From NCBI GenBank assembly GCA_963818415.1, contig CAWFSC010000014.1, forward strand, positions 51,024 through 115,023: a DNA stretch of 64,000 nt. The letters are read 5' to 3'. Of the stretch, positions 50,408 to 63,372 are shown piece after piece. The DNA comes from an uncultured Gammaproteobacteria bacterium (GTDB lineage Bacteria > Pseudomonadota > Gammaproteobacteria > Chromatiales > Chromatiaceae). A model generated the notes under the pieces. That model was not told where the DNA came from. It saw nothing but the letters and a program-made list of their open reading frames with translations, and made no database searches. The translations under genes were made by a program, and so were the position numbers. Position 1 is the first letter of the stretch. Every line of letters starts with the position of its first letter.

Positions 50408-50839
50408 TTAAAACCATAGCCGTAGGTAGTGCCCCGCTACCGCCACGACGAGAATGGAACCCATCGCGATCGCTGCCACCTTGCCCATGTAGAACAGCAT
50501 CGAGATAACCGGACGGAGATTCGGCATGCCGACCTGCTCTTCGTCCGCCTCGGCACTGGCCGGCTCCGCGAGTCCAACCGAAGTAGCCTGGCTTGCTGCG
50601 GTTGACGCCCTCGGTTCCGCGGGCACGAAACTGTAGGGGGAATTGCCGGTAATCCGGAAGAATCGGGTTCCCTGTCCGTCGCCGCCTTTCGTCATCACGA
50701 CGAATTCCGTATCGACCGCCAGTTGCTCGATCGTTGCAAATTCGGACGCGAAGGCTTCCGCATTTTCCGCATCGCCCTCGTGCTCCCAGGATGGGGACTT
50801 TTCAGGCCAGGTTCTTTTCGCAGCGAACTTCACGCGCAA
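50408..50839 (-). CDS. hypothetical protein with a C-terminal TM anchor
   Basis: 143-aa ORF with an acidic N-terminal domain and a terminal hydrophobic helix ISMLFYMGKVAAIAMGSILVVAVAGHYL. No family recognised. Start uncertain. Confidence 0.4.
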   Translation of the reverse strand: MRVKFAAKRTWPEKSPSWEHEGDAENAEAFASEFATIEQLAVDTEFVVMTKGGDGQGTRFFRITGNSPYSFVPAEPRASTAASQATSVGLAEPASAEADEEQVGMPNLRPVISMLFYMGKVAAIAMGSILVVAVAGHYLRLWF

Positions 50840-51106
50840 TTCCTCTCTTTAAGATTCGGATCAATGAAGAAGCCTTGACGCATCGTCCACTGGTATCGCA
50901 AAGGTGGAACGCATGGGGTCGACGACGCGCAGGGCGTGATAACGCCAGATTCAGATGGCGGCCCGTCAACGGTCGCAAGCGACGGGGTTTGCCTACAACA
51001 TTCATGGGATTGTATTTCCCGTGCGGCCTGTTGTCACCGTATCGCACTCAGGCCCACGCGCATCAAGACCCAAGGGTCGCCGCAGGCCCGGGATGAGCAA
51101 ACCGCT

Positions 51107-52150
51107 TCAGCTCACCAGCCGCCAACCGATGGACTCCCCCGCGCGCATAGGCACCACGCGAGTCGCTCCGAAGGGAAGATGCTCCGGCACGGTCCAGGAC
51201 GCGCGGCGCAAGCGGATCGTTTCCGTATTGCGCGGCAGACCATAGAAATCGGCGCCATGATGGCTGGCGAAGCCTTCCAGCCTGTCCAGCGCGCCAGCTT
51301 GGTCAAACACCTCGGCATAGAGCTCGATCGCGGCGTGGGCGCTAAAGATGCCAGCGCAGCCACAGGCGCTTTCTTTGTCGCCGACGGGATGGGGGGCGCT
51401 ATCCGTTCCCAGAAAGAACCGTGGGTGGCCGCTGGTCGCGGCTTCGACCAGCGCGAGGCGATGTCGCTCACGTTTCAGGACGGGCAGGCAGTAGAAGTGA
51501 GGACGGATCCCGCCAGCCAGGATGGCGTTGCGGTTGTAGAGCAGATGATGCGGCGTGATGGTCGCAGCCAGAGTGTCGGGGCCGGAGCGCACGAAGTCGA
51601 CGGCGTCCGCCGTCGTCACATGCTCGAAGACGACCTTGAGCCCAGGGAACGCCGCCAGGAGCGGCCGCAATCGCGTCTCGATGAAGCCTTGTTCGCGATC
51701 GAAGATATCGACATCCGCATCCGTGACTTCGCCATGCACCAGGAGCGGCAATCCTGCCTGCCGCATGGCGTCGAGCACCGGAGAAAGCCGCGCGATGTCC
51801 GTAACGCCGCTGTCGGAATTGGTCGTCGCGCCAGCCGGATAAAGCTTGCAGGCGACAACCGCCCCACTGGCGCGAGCCGCCGCGATCTCCTCCACCGGCG
51901 TCTGGTCGGTGAGATAGAGCGTCATCAGTGGCCGAAACCCATCCCCCGCCGGGAGCGCGGCCAAAATCCGATCGCGATAGGCAAGCGCCTCGGCCGTGGT
52001 CACGACCGGGGGCTTCAGGTTCGGCATGATGACGGCGCGGGCGAACTGGCGCGCGGTCAGGCGCACGACATCCGCCATCGCCGCGCCATCACGCACATGC
52101 AGATGCCAGTCGTCCGGACGCGCGAGCTCGATCTCCTCGACGTGGCTCAT
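51107..52150 (-). CDS. pyrC: dihydroorotase (homodimeric type)
   Basis: [14 protein letters not shown]...[11 protein letters not shown]...HGE...FEHVTT...LGTDSAPH are typical PyrC motifs. Confidence 0.95.
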   Translation of the reverse strand: MSHVEEIELARPDDWHLHVRDGAAMADVVRLTARQFARAVIMPNLKPPVVTTAEALAYRDRILAALPAGDGFRPLMTLYLTDQTPVEEIAAARASGAVVACKLYPAGATTNSDSGVTDIARLSPVLDAMRQAGLPLLVHGEVTDADVDIFDREQGFIETRLRPLLAAFPGLKVVFEHVTTADAVDFVRSGPDTLAATITPHHLLYNRNAILAGGIRPHFYCLPVLKRERHRLALVEAATSGHPRFFLGTDSAPHPVGDKESACGCAGIFSAHAAIELYAEVFDQAGALDRLEGFASHHGADFYGLPRNTETIRLRRASWTVPEHLPFGATRVVPMRAGESIGWRLVS

Positions 52151-52153
52151 GCC

Positions 52154-53755
52154 TCAGGAGGTCCGGGGCCCCGCTGCGGCGATCCGAGCATCGACCTGAT
52201 CGGCGAACTTGGCGAAATTGGCCGCGAACATGCCTGCCAGCTTGCGAGCCTGGACGTCGTAGGCCGCGCCATCCTTCCAGGTGCCCCTGGGGTCGAGGAT
52301 CTCGGCGGGGATGTCCGGACAGGACTCCGGGATCTGGACGCCGAAGATCGGATCGGTCCTCGTCGGCACGCCATCCAGCTTGCCATCGAGCACGGCGTTC
52401 ACCATGGCGCGCGTATGGGGAATCTGGACACGCTGACCGACGCCGTAAGGACCGCCGCTCCAGCCCGTGTTGATCATCCACACCTGGGTACCATGCTTGG
52501 CCAGACGCCGACCGAGCAGCTCCGCGTAACGCTGGGGATGCAGCGGCATGAAGGGCGCCCCGTAACAGGCGCTGAACACCGGCGAGGGCTCGGTAACGCC
52601 CTTCTCGGTCCCGGCGACACGCGCGGTGTAGCCGGAGATGAAGTGATACATGGCCTGCTCGGGCGACAGGCGCGAGACCGGGGGCAGCACGCCGAAGGCA
52701 TCGCAGGTGAGGAAGAGGATAGCGTTGGGATGACCGCCGACCCCGGTCTCGCTGGCATTCTGAATGGCGCTGATGTGGTAGGCGCCGCGGGTGTTCTCGG
52801 TCAGCGACTCATCGTCGAGATCCAGTCGGCGATCCTCGGAATGGACCGTCACATTCTCCAGCACGGTGCCGAAGCGCTCGGTGGTGGCATGGATCTCCGG
52901 TTCCGCCGAGGCGGAGAGGCGGATCATCTTGGCGTAGCAGCCACCCTCGAAGTTGAAGATGCCGTCATGGCTCCAGCCGTGCTCGTCGTCGCCGATCAGG
53001 GTGCGCGAGGCGTCCGCCGAAAGGGTCGTCTTGCCGGTGCCGCTGAGGCCGAAAAAGAGCGCGCTCTTGCCATCCGGACCGATGTTCGCCGAGCAATGCA
53101 TCGGCAGGACATCACGGAACGGCATCATGTAATTCATGACGGTGAAGAGAGACTTTTTGATCTCTCCGGCATAGCTGGTCCCGCCGATCAGCACCAGGCG
53201 CTTGGCGAAATTCAGCATGATGAAGGTTTCGCTGCGGGTGTTGTCCAGCGACGGGATGGAATGGAAGCGCGGCACGTCGATGACCGTGAATTCCGGCACC
53301 AGATCGTCCAGCTCTTCCGGACTCGGCTGAATAAAGAGATTGCGCGCGAAGAGACTATGCCAGGCATATTCGGAGACGATGCGCACCGGCATGCGGTAAT
53401 GCGGATCGGCGCCCACGTAACAATCCTGGACGTAGACATCCTTCATCTGAAGGTAGGAGGCCAGACGGTGATGCACCAAATCGAAATGGGCCTCATCGAT
53501 CGGCCGGTTCACCTCGCCCCACCAGATGTGTTCCTTGCTGCCCGGCTCCTCGACGACGAACTTGTCGTTGGCGGAGCGGCCAGTGTGATGACCGGTGCGG
53601 ACGACCAGGGGACCCATGTGGGACAGGACACCCTCGCGCGCCCGCAGGGCTTGCTCATAGATCGCCGGGGTCGGCAGATTCCAGTAGATGGTGTTGAGGT
53701 TATAGAGCCCGTGGTTATCGAGCGAATGTTCGTTGGGACGACCGGAAACGTGCAT
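52154..53755 (-). CDS. pckA: phosphoenolpyruvate carboxykinase (ATP)
   Basis: TGRSANDKFVV, GGTSYAGEIKKS, FFGLSGTGKTTLSAD and IGDDEHGW motifs. Intact 533-aa ORF. Confidence 0.95.
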   Translation of the reverse strand: MHVSGRPNEHSLDNHGLYNLNTIYWNLPTPAIYEQALRAREGVLSHMGPLVVRTGHHTGRSANDKFVVEEPGSKEHIWWGEVNRPIDEAHFDLVHHRLASYLQMKDVYVQDCYVGADPHYRMPVRIVSEYAWHSLFARNLFIQPSPEELDDLVPEFTVIDVPRFHSIPSLDNTRSETFIMLNFAKRLVLIGGTSYAGEIKKSLFTVMNYMMPFRDVLPMHCSANIGPDGKSALFFGLSGTGKTTLSADASRTLIGDDEHGWSHDGIFNFEGGCYAKMIRLSASAEPEIHATTERFGTVLENVTVHSEDRRLDLDDESLTENTRGAYHISAIQNASETGVGGHPNAILFLTCDAFGVLPPVSRLSPEQAMYHFISGYTARVAGTEKGVTEPSPVFSACYGAPFMPLHPQRYAELLGRRLAKHGTQVWMINTGWSGGPYGVGQRVQIPHTRAMVNAVLDGKLDGVPTRTDPIFGVQIPESCPDIPAEILDPRGTWKDGAAYDVQARKLAGMFAANFAKFADQVDARIAAAGPRTS

Positions 53756-54272
53756 GAAAAGAGTTCCCTCGGAGGCTGCCTGAAGGTTCGATTAACTGGG
53801 CGCCGAGACTACACCATATCGATGCGGGTCTAAACTCCAATCGCCACCCTTTACCCCTGACCCGATCAATGCCCGCGCCGGTTCACGCGGCGGACGGGCG
53901 CTCGTCGGAGCGCAGTCCACCGGGCGAAGATCGGGCAAGGACCGGCGCTCGGCCCCCGAGCGCCGGTCGCCGTCAGCCATCTCGGTTGGCGCCTTTATTG
54001 CTGCTAGGAGCTTGGCTGTCGGGGTGATGCCTCTTAATGACGTGAGTGAACGAGGCTGGCGCCGAACCGGTCGATTTTTCCCGGAACCGCGCCCGACACC
54101 TGCTGGACCGCATGTGCGCCCGCAAGCTCAAGACGAGCTTGGCGCCCGGATGTTTCCAGCGCATGTCCGCGTCGCATGGGCCTTGCTTGATCAAGGTCTT
54201 GCAAGCGGCTTCGATGACACCGGATCCGTCTCCCGACTGGCTTGACTCGTGAGTTCCCAGGCGGTTCCTCGC

Positions 54273-55470
54273 TCAGAATCCCGGCAACACGCGCAGAAAG
54301 AGGGTCTTGAGATAGGCGGTCTCGGGGATCGCCGGGTGGACCGGATGGTCCGGTCCCTGCTGGCCCGCTTCGAGCAACTGGAGACTGCGGCCGGCGCGCT
54401 GTCCCGCGAACTGCACGGTGCGCAGGAAGGCGTCCCGCTCCATGTGGAAGGAGCAGGAGGAGGTGACCAGCAGTCCGCCTGGCTCCAGAACCTCGATCCC
54501 GAGCCGGTTGAGCCGTTGATAGGCCACGGTGCCGTCCTTCTCGTCCTTGCGCCGCTTGATGAAGGCGGGCGGGTCGAGGATGACGGTGTCGAAGCGCCGG
54601 CCACTATCGCGCAGTTCGCGCAGCACCTCGAAGGCATCCCCTTGCTGGGGATGGACGCGCGCCTCCAGGCCATTGCGGGCGGCATTGGCCGGCGACCCGC
54701 TCCAGCGCGGCGGCTGAGCTGTCCACGCAGGTCACCTCGGCGGCGCCCAGCGCCGCGGCGCGCAGGCCCCAGGCGCCGCTGTAGCTACAGACGTCCAGCA
54801 CCCGCTCGCCGACCCCGAAGCGGGCGAGCCGCGCGCGGTTCTCGGCCTGATCGTAGAACCAGCCGGTCTTCTGCCCGGTCAGCGGGGAGACGGCGAATTC
54901 GAGCCCGTGCTCGGTCAGGGTCAGCTCATCCGCCGGGTCGCCCAGGACGGACTCCACAGCCTGCCCGAGCCCTTCCAGTTCGCGCACGGCCGTGTCGTTG
55001 CGCAGCACGATGGCGCGCGGCCGCACCACCTGCTCCAGCGCGGCGAGGATCTCGGCGCGCGCGCGCTCCATGCCGGCGGTGGTGATCTGGACCACCAGCA
55101 GGTCGTCGTAGCGGTCCACGACCAGCCCCGGCAGACCGTCGCTCTCGCCGAAGATGAGACGATAGAAGGGCTGCGGATAGAGCCGCTCGCGCAGACTCAG
55201 GGCGTCGCGGATGCGGCGCACCCAGAGGCTCGGGCTCAGCGGATGGTTGCGGTCGCGGCTGACGATGCGGGCGCAGATGAGCGAATGCGGGTTGGCGTAG
55301 CCGTGCCCGATCCAGCGTTCCTGACGACTCAGGATCTCGACCGGCTGGCCTGGCTCCAGGTCCTTCAGCGGGGTCGCCTGGGTATCGACCTCGTTGCTGT
55401 AGATCCAGCAATGGCCGGCGAGCAGGCGGCGTTCCTGGTCCTTGCGCAGGAGGAGTGGGTGAGTCTTCAT
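54273..55470 (-). CDS. rlmI: 23S rRNA m5C methyltransferase RlmI-like, class I SAM-dependent (one frame break near 54620-54700)
   Basis: Co-linear with E. coli RlmI: HCWIYSNEV.., FGESDGLPGLVVDRYDDLLVVQ, GQKTGWFYDQAENR, VLDVCSYSGAWG, then in the second frame FDTVILDPPAF...GGLLVTSSCS...YLKTLFLRV. Confidence 0.85.
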
Positions 55471-55643
55471 GGCGGATTCTCGATCGAGTTGAATGCGGTC
55501 GTGCGTTAGCCTGCGAAGACTAGCAGAAGCGGCTCGCGCTGGCCCGGCCATGGAAACCGCGCCCGGGGGAACCCACCATCGGAAGACGCACGATTCTGGG
55601 CCGGCGGTCGTCACGCCCGGTCAATCCACCGAGGTAATCAGCC

Positions 55644-57707
<2,064 letters not shown>

Positions 57708-57724
57708 CGGGCTGCCAGACGCCC

Positions 57725-58216
57725 TCAATAGATCCAGGGGACAAATTTGCGCACTCGCAGCGCGTAATCCGCGTAATGCGGATGGCGCTCGGTGAGCCAG
57801 CCTTCTTCCTTGTTGGCCTTGTAGTCGAAAAAGAAGAAGCCGATGACCAGGATCGCGAGATGAGAGAGGCTCAGGGTGAAGAGGGTCCAGCCCAGCGCGG
57901 CGAAGAGTTGACTGGCGTAGAGCGGATGGCGCACCCAGGCATAGACGCCGTGCTGGACCAGTTGGCTGTGGTCGACCGGGTAAGGCAAGGGGGTGAGATA
58001 GTCGCGGATGTGCGCGGAGCCCAATCCGCCCATCAGCAGCGCGACCGTGCCGAAGCCGATGAGACCAGCCCAGCGCAGCGGCGCCAGGGCATCGAGCAGC
58101 CCCGAGGTCGCCAGTGGATTCCAGGAGGGCGTGAAGATGAAGGCAAAGAAGAGGACGAATTGCAGCACGACGAGATATTCGCCGCGCTTGCCCTGGAGAA
58201 AGGAGAGCCGTGACAT
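57725..58216 (-). CDS. isoprenylcysteine carboxyl methyltransferase (ICMT/PEMT) family membrane protein
   Basis: LVQHGVYAWVRHPLYASQLFAALGWTLF...EEGWLTERHPHYADYALRVRKFVP is the typical ICMT-family C-terminal motif. Contains 4-5 TM helices. Confidence 0.8.
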   Translation of the reverse strand: MSRLSFLQGKRGEYLVVLQFVLFFAFIFTPSWNPLATSGLLDALAPLRWAGLIGFGTVALLMGGLGSAHIRDYLTPLPYPVDHSQLVQHGVYAWVRHPLYASQLFAALGWTLFTLSLSHLAILVIGFFFFDYKANKEEGWLTERHPHYADYALRVRKFVPWIY

Positions 58217-58508
58217 GGTTGGTTCCTGGAGTTCGATGCGTGGATGGTCGGTCGGCAAACCGGCCCGAGCGACAGGACCGGAGACTGGCGGTACTTGGTC
58301 GCTCGAAGCGCGATGAGGTTCCGTCGCGGCGGAAATGCGGCTGTCGGCGCCTGCTCATTATGGCGCTTCGCACTTCTTGTGCATTCGCGGATCACACTCT
58401 CCAGATCCCCGCGCGCCACGGCTTGCGAACGGACAGGATGCCTGAGTGAGCGGTTTCCGCTAGACTTCGCGCTTTTTGAGGCGGTTCTTTCGCCGTTCCC
58501 AGCAATTC

Positions 58509-58970
58509 ATGCCGACATCCAGCCAACCATCGCCCGCCATTTCCAACTGGCCCGTGCGCGTGTACTACGAGGACACGGATGCGGCGGGCGTGGTCTTCTA
58601 CGCCAACTACCTGCGTTTCATGGAGCGGGGGCGGACGGAATGGCTGCGCGCGCTCGGCTACGAGCAGGATGTGCTGCGCGAGCGGGAGAATATCGTCTTC
58701 GCGGTCAGCAAGGTCGATCTCGCCTACCTGGTTCCGGCACGCTTCAATGATCTGTTGACGGTGCGCTCCAGTCTGCGTCATCAGGGCGGCGCCAGTCTGG
58801 AGTTCGAGCAGGACATCCTGCGCGTCGCCGATCAAGCCCTCTGCTGCCGGGGAGCCGTGAAGGTGGTCTGCCTGGATGCCGCGACCATGCGGCCCCGCCG
58901 CATGCCGCGCCCGCTGGTATCCGCAATTCTGTCTGGTGTCGCGCACGCCCCAAACGTGCCCTTGGAGTAA
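58509..58970 (+). CDS. ybgC: tol-pal-associated acyl-CoA thioesterase
   Basis: VRVYYEDTDAAGVVFYANYLRFMERGRTEWLRALG is a 4HBT hot-dog N-terminus. The gene sits directly upstream of tolQ. Confidence 0.9.
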   Translation: MPTSSQPSPAISNWPVRVYYEDTDAAGVVFYANYLRFMERGRTEWLRALGYEQDVLRERENIVFAVSKVDLAYLVPARFNDLLTVRSSLRHQGGASLEFEQDILRVADQALCCRGAVKVVCLDAATMRPRRMPRPLVSAILSGVAHAPNVPLE

Positions 58971-58977
58971 ATGTGCA

Positions 58978-59652
58978 ATGACTTCTGATCTGTCGCTGTT
59001 GAGCCTGATCCTCAACGCCAGCTTCGTCGTGCAGTTGGTGCTGATTATCCTGCTGATGGCCTCCGTCATCTCCTGGACCATGATCCTGGATCGCGGCCGG
59101 ATCATCGGCAAGGCACGCAAGTTGGCCAATGCCTTCGAGGAGCGCTTCTGGTCCGGCGGGGATCTGAGCGCGCTCTACAAGGAGCTGGGCGAGGAAGGCA
59201 AGAGAACCCAGGGCCTGGCAACCATCTTTCGCGCCGGCTTCAAGGAGTTCGTGCGGCTGCGCAAGATCGAGGGCGACGACATCATGGCCGTGCTGCAGGG
59301 CGCCGAGCGCTCCATGCGCGTGGCCATGAGCCGGGAGATGGATCGGCTGGAGACCAACCTGGCCTTTCTGGCGACGGTCGGCTCGACCAGTCCCTATGTC
59401 GGACTCTTCGGCACCGTCTGGGGCATCATGCAGGCCTTCCATGCCCTGGGAAACGTCGAGCAGGCGACCCTGGCCCTGGTCGCGCCCGGCATCTCCGAGG
59501 CCCTGGTCGCGACCGCCATCGGCCTGTTCGCGGCGATTCCGGCGGTTGTCGCCTACAACCGCTACGCCAACCAGGTCGAGCGGCTCAATAATCGCTACGA
59601 GGAATTCGTGGAGGAATTCGCGACTCTGCTCCAGCGTCAGGCGCGTAGTTGA
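58978..59652 (+). CDS. tolQ: Tol-Pal system protein TolQ
   Basis: MotA/TolQ/ExbB motifs LATVGSTSPYVGLFGTVWGIM and APGISEALVATAIGLFAAIPAV. Confidence 0.95.
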   Translation: MTSDLSLLSLILNASFVVQLVLIILLMASVISWTMILDRGRIIGKARKLANAFEERFWSGGDLSALYKELGEEGKRTQGLATIFRAGFKEFVRLRKIEGDDIMAVLQGAERSMRVAMSREMDRLETNLAFLATVGSTSPYVGLFGTVWGIMQAFHALGNVEQATLALVAPGISEALVATAIGLFAAIPAVVAYNRYANQVERLNNRYEEFVEEFATLLQRQARS

Positions 59653-59675
59653 GCCGGCTCGGGAACCCACACGCC

Positions 59676-60119
59676 ATGGTCAAGCACACGCGCAGTCGCA
59701 ACCGTCGCCGGCTCATGGCCGAGATCAACGTCGTGCCCTATATCGACGTCATGCTGGTGTTGCTGGTCATCTTTATGGTGACCGCGCCCTTGATGACCAC
59801 CGGCGTCAAGGTCAGTTTGCCGCAGGTCAAGACCGGCGGCATGACCGGTCCAAGCACCGAATCCATCGTCATCACCGTCGATCAGTTCGGTGACTATTAC
59901 ATCGACGTCGGCAAGGAGAAAAACCAGCCGGCGAGCGATCAGATCCTCTTTGACCGCATTCGCGTCGTCCTGGATTACAAGCCAGAAACACCGGTCCTGG
60001 TGCGCGCGGACAACAGCGTGGACTACGGCCGGGTCGTGCGGGCCATGGCAATCGCCCAGAAGGCGGGCGCGCCGGAGGTCGGGCTGATCACCGTGCCTCC
60101 GGAGCGCCGCGAGCCCTAG
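59676..60119 (+). CDS. tolR: Tol-Pal system protein TolR
   Basis: MAEINVVPYIDVMLVLLVIFMVTAP (ExbD/TolR TM with the conserved Asp). Position after tolQ. Confidence 0.9.
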   Translation: MVKHTRSRNRRRLMAEINVVPYIDVMLVLLVIFMVTAPLMTTGVKVSLPQVKTGGMTGPSTESIVITVDQFGDYYIDVGKEKNQPASDQILFDRIRVVLDYKPETPVLVRADNSVDYGRVVRAMAIAQKAGAPEVGLITVPPERREP

Positions 60120-60121
60120 CC

Positions 60122-61465
60122 ATGTGGGAGATCCTGCGCGGGAATCCGCGCGCCTTCTACTGGTCGCTAGGGCTACATCTCTTCTTCGCCCTGCTGTTCT
60201 TCGTCGGCGTCGATTTCATCAAGCCCACGACCGATGCGGGCGCCAAGGCACGGGTGGTGAAGGCCAGCATCGTCTCCAATCGCGCCCTGGAATCGCTGGT
60301 CGCGGACATCCACACCGCGAAACCAAAACGTCCGGCCGATCAGGAGCCCCAACCCGAGAACAAGCGGGCACGGCAAGCGGCGAAAGATGAGGCACGCCGC
60401 GCGGAAGAGCAGACCGCCCGGCGCGAGGCGGAAGAACAGGCCAAGCGCGAGGCCGAGCAGACGGCGCGGAAAGACGCCGAACTGGCCGCCCAGCGCGAGG
60501 CGCGTCGTCGGGAAGAGGCGCTCCGTCAGGCCGAACTGAAGGCGCAACAGGAGGCCGAAAAGGCCCGCGCGCGCGCGGAGCAGAAAGCCCAACGGCAGGC
60601 CGAGCAAGCCCAGCGTCAAGCAGCGGAAGCGGCGCGTCGGGAGGCCGTGGCCGAGGCCAAGCGCGAGGCCGAGGAGCGCCAACGCCGTCAGGCGGAAGCG
60701 CGGCGGGACGCGGAGGAGGCGCGCGCGCGAGCGCAAGCCGAGCAGCGACGCGCCGAGCAGGAAGCGCTTCGGCAGGCCGAGGATTTGGCCCAGCGTCAGG
60801 CGGATGAAGCCCGGCAGGCCGAGGAGGCGCGGGAACGCGCCGAGGCCGAGCAGCGTCGCGCGGAGGAGGCGGCCAGACAGATGGCGTCCGAGCGCGAGCG
60901 TTTAAGCAAGGAAGCCGAACAACGCGCCGCCGAGGAGGAGACCCGACTACGGGCGGAGCGCGAGCGTCAAACCGCGGAGGCCGAACGTAAGCAGCGGATC
61001 GCCGAGGAAGCCGAGCGTCTCGCGGTGGAAGAAGAGCGGCGCTTGGCCGAGGAAGTCGATCAGCGTCGTCGCGAGCAAGAGGCGCGGGAGCAGGCCAAGG
61101 ACACCAATGAGGGTCCGAGCGCTGAAGAGGCCCAGAGCGCGCGCGAGGAGGATCTGTTATCGCAACTCGCCTCCGAGCAGGTGTCCCGCGAGGCGGATCG
61201 GTATATCCCAGTGATCAGGGACCGAGTGCGTCAGTTCTGGGTCCGCCCGCCGACGGCGGGGGCTGACCTGACGACCGTGGTCTCGGTGAGCCTCATCGCC
61301 AGTGGCGATGTCAAACCGAACAGCGTGCGAGTGGTACGCGGAAGCGGTAACACATCCTTCGATCAGTCCGTGATCGCCGCCGTGTACAATGCCTCGCCAC
61401 TGCCCGTTCCCTCGGGTCCGCCCTTCGAGCGCTTCCGTGAGTTCGACTTCACCTTCACGCCATAG
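60122..61465 (+). CDS. tolA: Tol-Pal system protein TolA with a long charged helical domain
   Basis: N-terminal TM, ~270 aa of E/A/R/Q-rich helix (AEQRRAEEA-type repeats) and a C-terminal TolA-III-like domain (IRDRVRQFWVRPP...SGNTSFDQSVIAAVYNASPLP). Confidence 0.9.
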   Translation: MWEILRGNPRAFYWSLGLHLFFALLFFVGVDFIKPTTDAGAKARVVKASIVSNRALESLVADIHTAKPKRPADQEPQPENKRARQAAKDEARRAEEQTARREAEEQAKREAEQTARKDAELAAQREARRREEALRQAELKAQQEAEKARARAEQKAQRQAEQAQRQAAEAARREAVAEAKREAEERQRRQAEARRDAEEARARAQAEQRRAEQEALRQAEDLAQRQADEARQAEEARERAEAEQRRAEEAARQMASERERLSKEAEQRAAEEETRLRAERERQTAEAERKQRIAEEAERLAVEEERRLAEEVDQRRREQEAREQAKDTNEGPSAEEAQSAREEDLLSQLASEQVSREADRYIPVIRDRVRQFWVRPPTAGADLTTVVSVSLIASGDVKPNSVRVVRGSGNTSFDQSVIAAVYNASPLPVPSGPPFERFREFDFTFTP

Positions 61466-61480
61466 CCGGGACTTCGCATC

Positions 61481-62792
61481 ATGAGCCGACACACGCGCCT
61501 GCCGCGCCTCATTCTCGCTCTCGCGCTGAGCCTTTCCGGAATCGGCGTCGGGCAGGCCGCGCCCCGCCTCAACATCGAGATCACCGGCGGGGTCGAGGCG
61601 GCGCAGCCGATCGCCATCGTCCCCTTCGGCGTCTCGGAAGGTCTGATCCCGCCGGTCGACGTCGCCGCCGTGGTCGAGTGCCGACCTGGCCCGCACCGGC
61701 AAATTCAAACCCATGCCGACCCGCGACATGCTGGACATGCCGAGCACGCGCGCGGACGTGGATTTCCGTGACTGGAGTCTGCTCGGCATGAACAACCTGG
61801 TCATCGGACGGGTCGACGCCGAGACGACCGGGTTCCGCATCAGTTTCAGCCTCTACGACGTCTTGCGCGGCAATGAGCTGGCCAGCACCAGTCTCATCAG
61901 CACCAAGGATGGAATGCGCAACACCGCCCACCGCATCGCCGACCTCATCCATGAGAAGCTGACCGGCCAGCCAGGTGTGGCCGCGACCCGCATCGCCTAC
62001 ATCACGTCCACCGGCAGCGGCGACAGCATGACCGTGACCCTGAAGGTCTCGGATGCCGACGGCTACAACCCGCAAACCATCGTCTCCTCCAGCGAGCCGA
62101 TCATGTCGCCGGCCTGGTCGCCCGATGGACGTCGCATCGCCTATGTCTCCTTCGAGAACCGGCGTCCCTCCATCTATGTTCAGGAACTCAGCTCGGGCCG
62201 CCGCGATCTACTCGCCAGCTATCCCGGAATCAACGGCTCGCCGGCGTTTTCGCCGGACGGGACACGACTGGCCATGACCCTGTCGAAAGATGGGAACCCC
62301 GATATCTACAGCCTCAACCTCGTAAGTCGGGAGCTCGTGCGTCTCACCGACCACTACGCAATCGACACCGAGCCCGCCTGGTCGCCCGACGGGCGTTCGC
62401 TCATCTTCACCTCCGACCGTGGCGGCAGTCCGCAGATCTATCGCATGTCGGCCTCTGGCGGCGCGGCCGAGCGGATCAGCGTCGAGGGCGACTACAACGG
62501 CCGCGCGTCCTACTCGCCGGACGGTCGCTCCATCGCCATGGTCACGCGGATCAATGGGGACTTTCGGATCGGCGTACTGGATACGGCGCGTGGCATCACC
62601 CGGCTGCTCAGTAACGGCAAGCTGGACGAGTCGCCAAGTTTCGCGCCCAACGGCAGCATGGTAATTTACGCCACCATTCATGGTGGCCGTGGTGTCCTCG
62701 CCGCCGCGTCCGTCGATGGCGGCGGGAGCCAACGACTCTCCCAGGATTCAGGCCAGGTCCGCGAGCCGGCCTGGTCACCCTTTATGCGGTAA
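61481..62792 (+). CDS. tolB: Tol-Pal system beta-propeller protein TolB (one frame break near 61675)
   Basis: Signal peptide, then ..IAIVPF.., ADLARTGKF (shifted frame), and repeated PAWSPDG/PAFSPDG/PSFAPNG blades. Confidence 0.9.
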
Positions 62793-62805
62793 GGAGCCCA
62801 GCATC

Positions 62806-63372
62806 ATGCGAGCCTTTTCTGTTTTCCACACCCCGTGGCTTGTCCTCTTGATCGCCGGGCTGACGCTGTCTGGATGCTCGACCACCCCGGAGCAGGAGAG
62901 TCCGCAGCCGATGGCGACCACTCCGGCGCCGCTGCCAAGCGTCCAGCGGGAGACCACGACCACGACCGCCCCGGTCGAGTCGCCCCGCCCGACCTATGCC
63001 GGCCCCTGGGAGGATCCAGCGAGCCCGCTCCATGACCGTACCATCTACTTCGACTACGACAACGCGGAGATCAAGCCGCAGTATGTGGCCCTGGCACGCA
63101 CCCACGCGCGCTACCTGGGCAGCCATACGGCAACCCATGTCACGCTCGAAGGCCATACCGATGAGCGTGGAACGCGCGAGTACAACCTGGCCCTGGCCGA
63201 CCAGCGCGCCGACGCGGTGCGACGCTTCATGCTCGCCGAGGGCGTCCTGCCCAATCAGATGTCGAATCTGAGCTATGGCGAGGAGCGCCCGGCCGATCCG
63301 GGGCACGGCGAGCAAGCCTGGCGCCTGAATCGCCGCGTGATCATCCAATACCGAGGGGGCGATCAGCCATGA
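62806..63372 (+). CDS. pal: peptidoglycan-associated lipoprotein Pal
   Basis: AAGGAG RBS, lipobox LTLSGC, and OmpA-like domain IYFDYDNAEIKPQY...LEGHTDERGTREYNLALADQRADAV..NRRV. Confidence 0.95.
   Translation: MRAFSVFHTPWLVLLIAGLTLSGCSTTPEQESPQPMATTPAPLPSVQRETTTTTAPVESPRPTYAGPWEDPASPLHDRTIYFDYDNAEIKPQYVALARTHARYLGSHTATHVTLEGHTDERGTREYNLALADQRADAVRRFMLAEGVLPNQMSNLSYGEERPADPGHGEQAWRLNRRVIIQYRGGDQP

Noticed and set aside
50936-53833. 965-aa ORF on the plus strand
   Set aside because: It lies entirely antisense to the well-supported pyrC and pckA genes. It is Arg/Gly/Ala/Asp-rich with no motifs, which is the typical shadow ORF of GC-rich DNA.
53940-53968. Perfect 12-bp hairpin GACCGGCGCTCG-GCCCC-CGAGCGCCGGTC in the 517-bp pckA-rlmI spacer
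   Set aside because: It has no U-tract on either strand and lies ~300 nt from the rlmI stop. This is insufficient to call a terminator or an sRNA.
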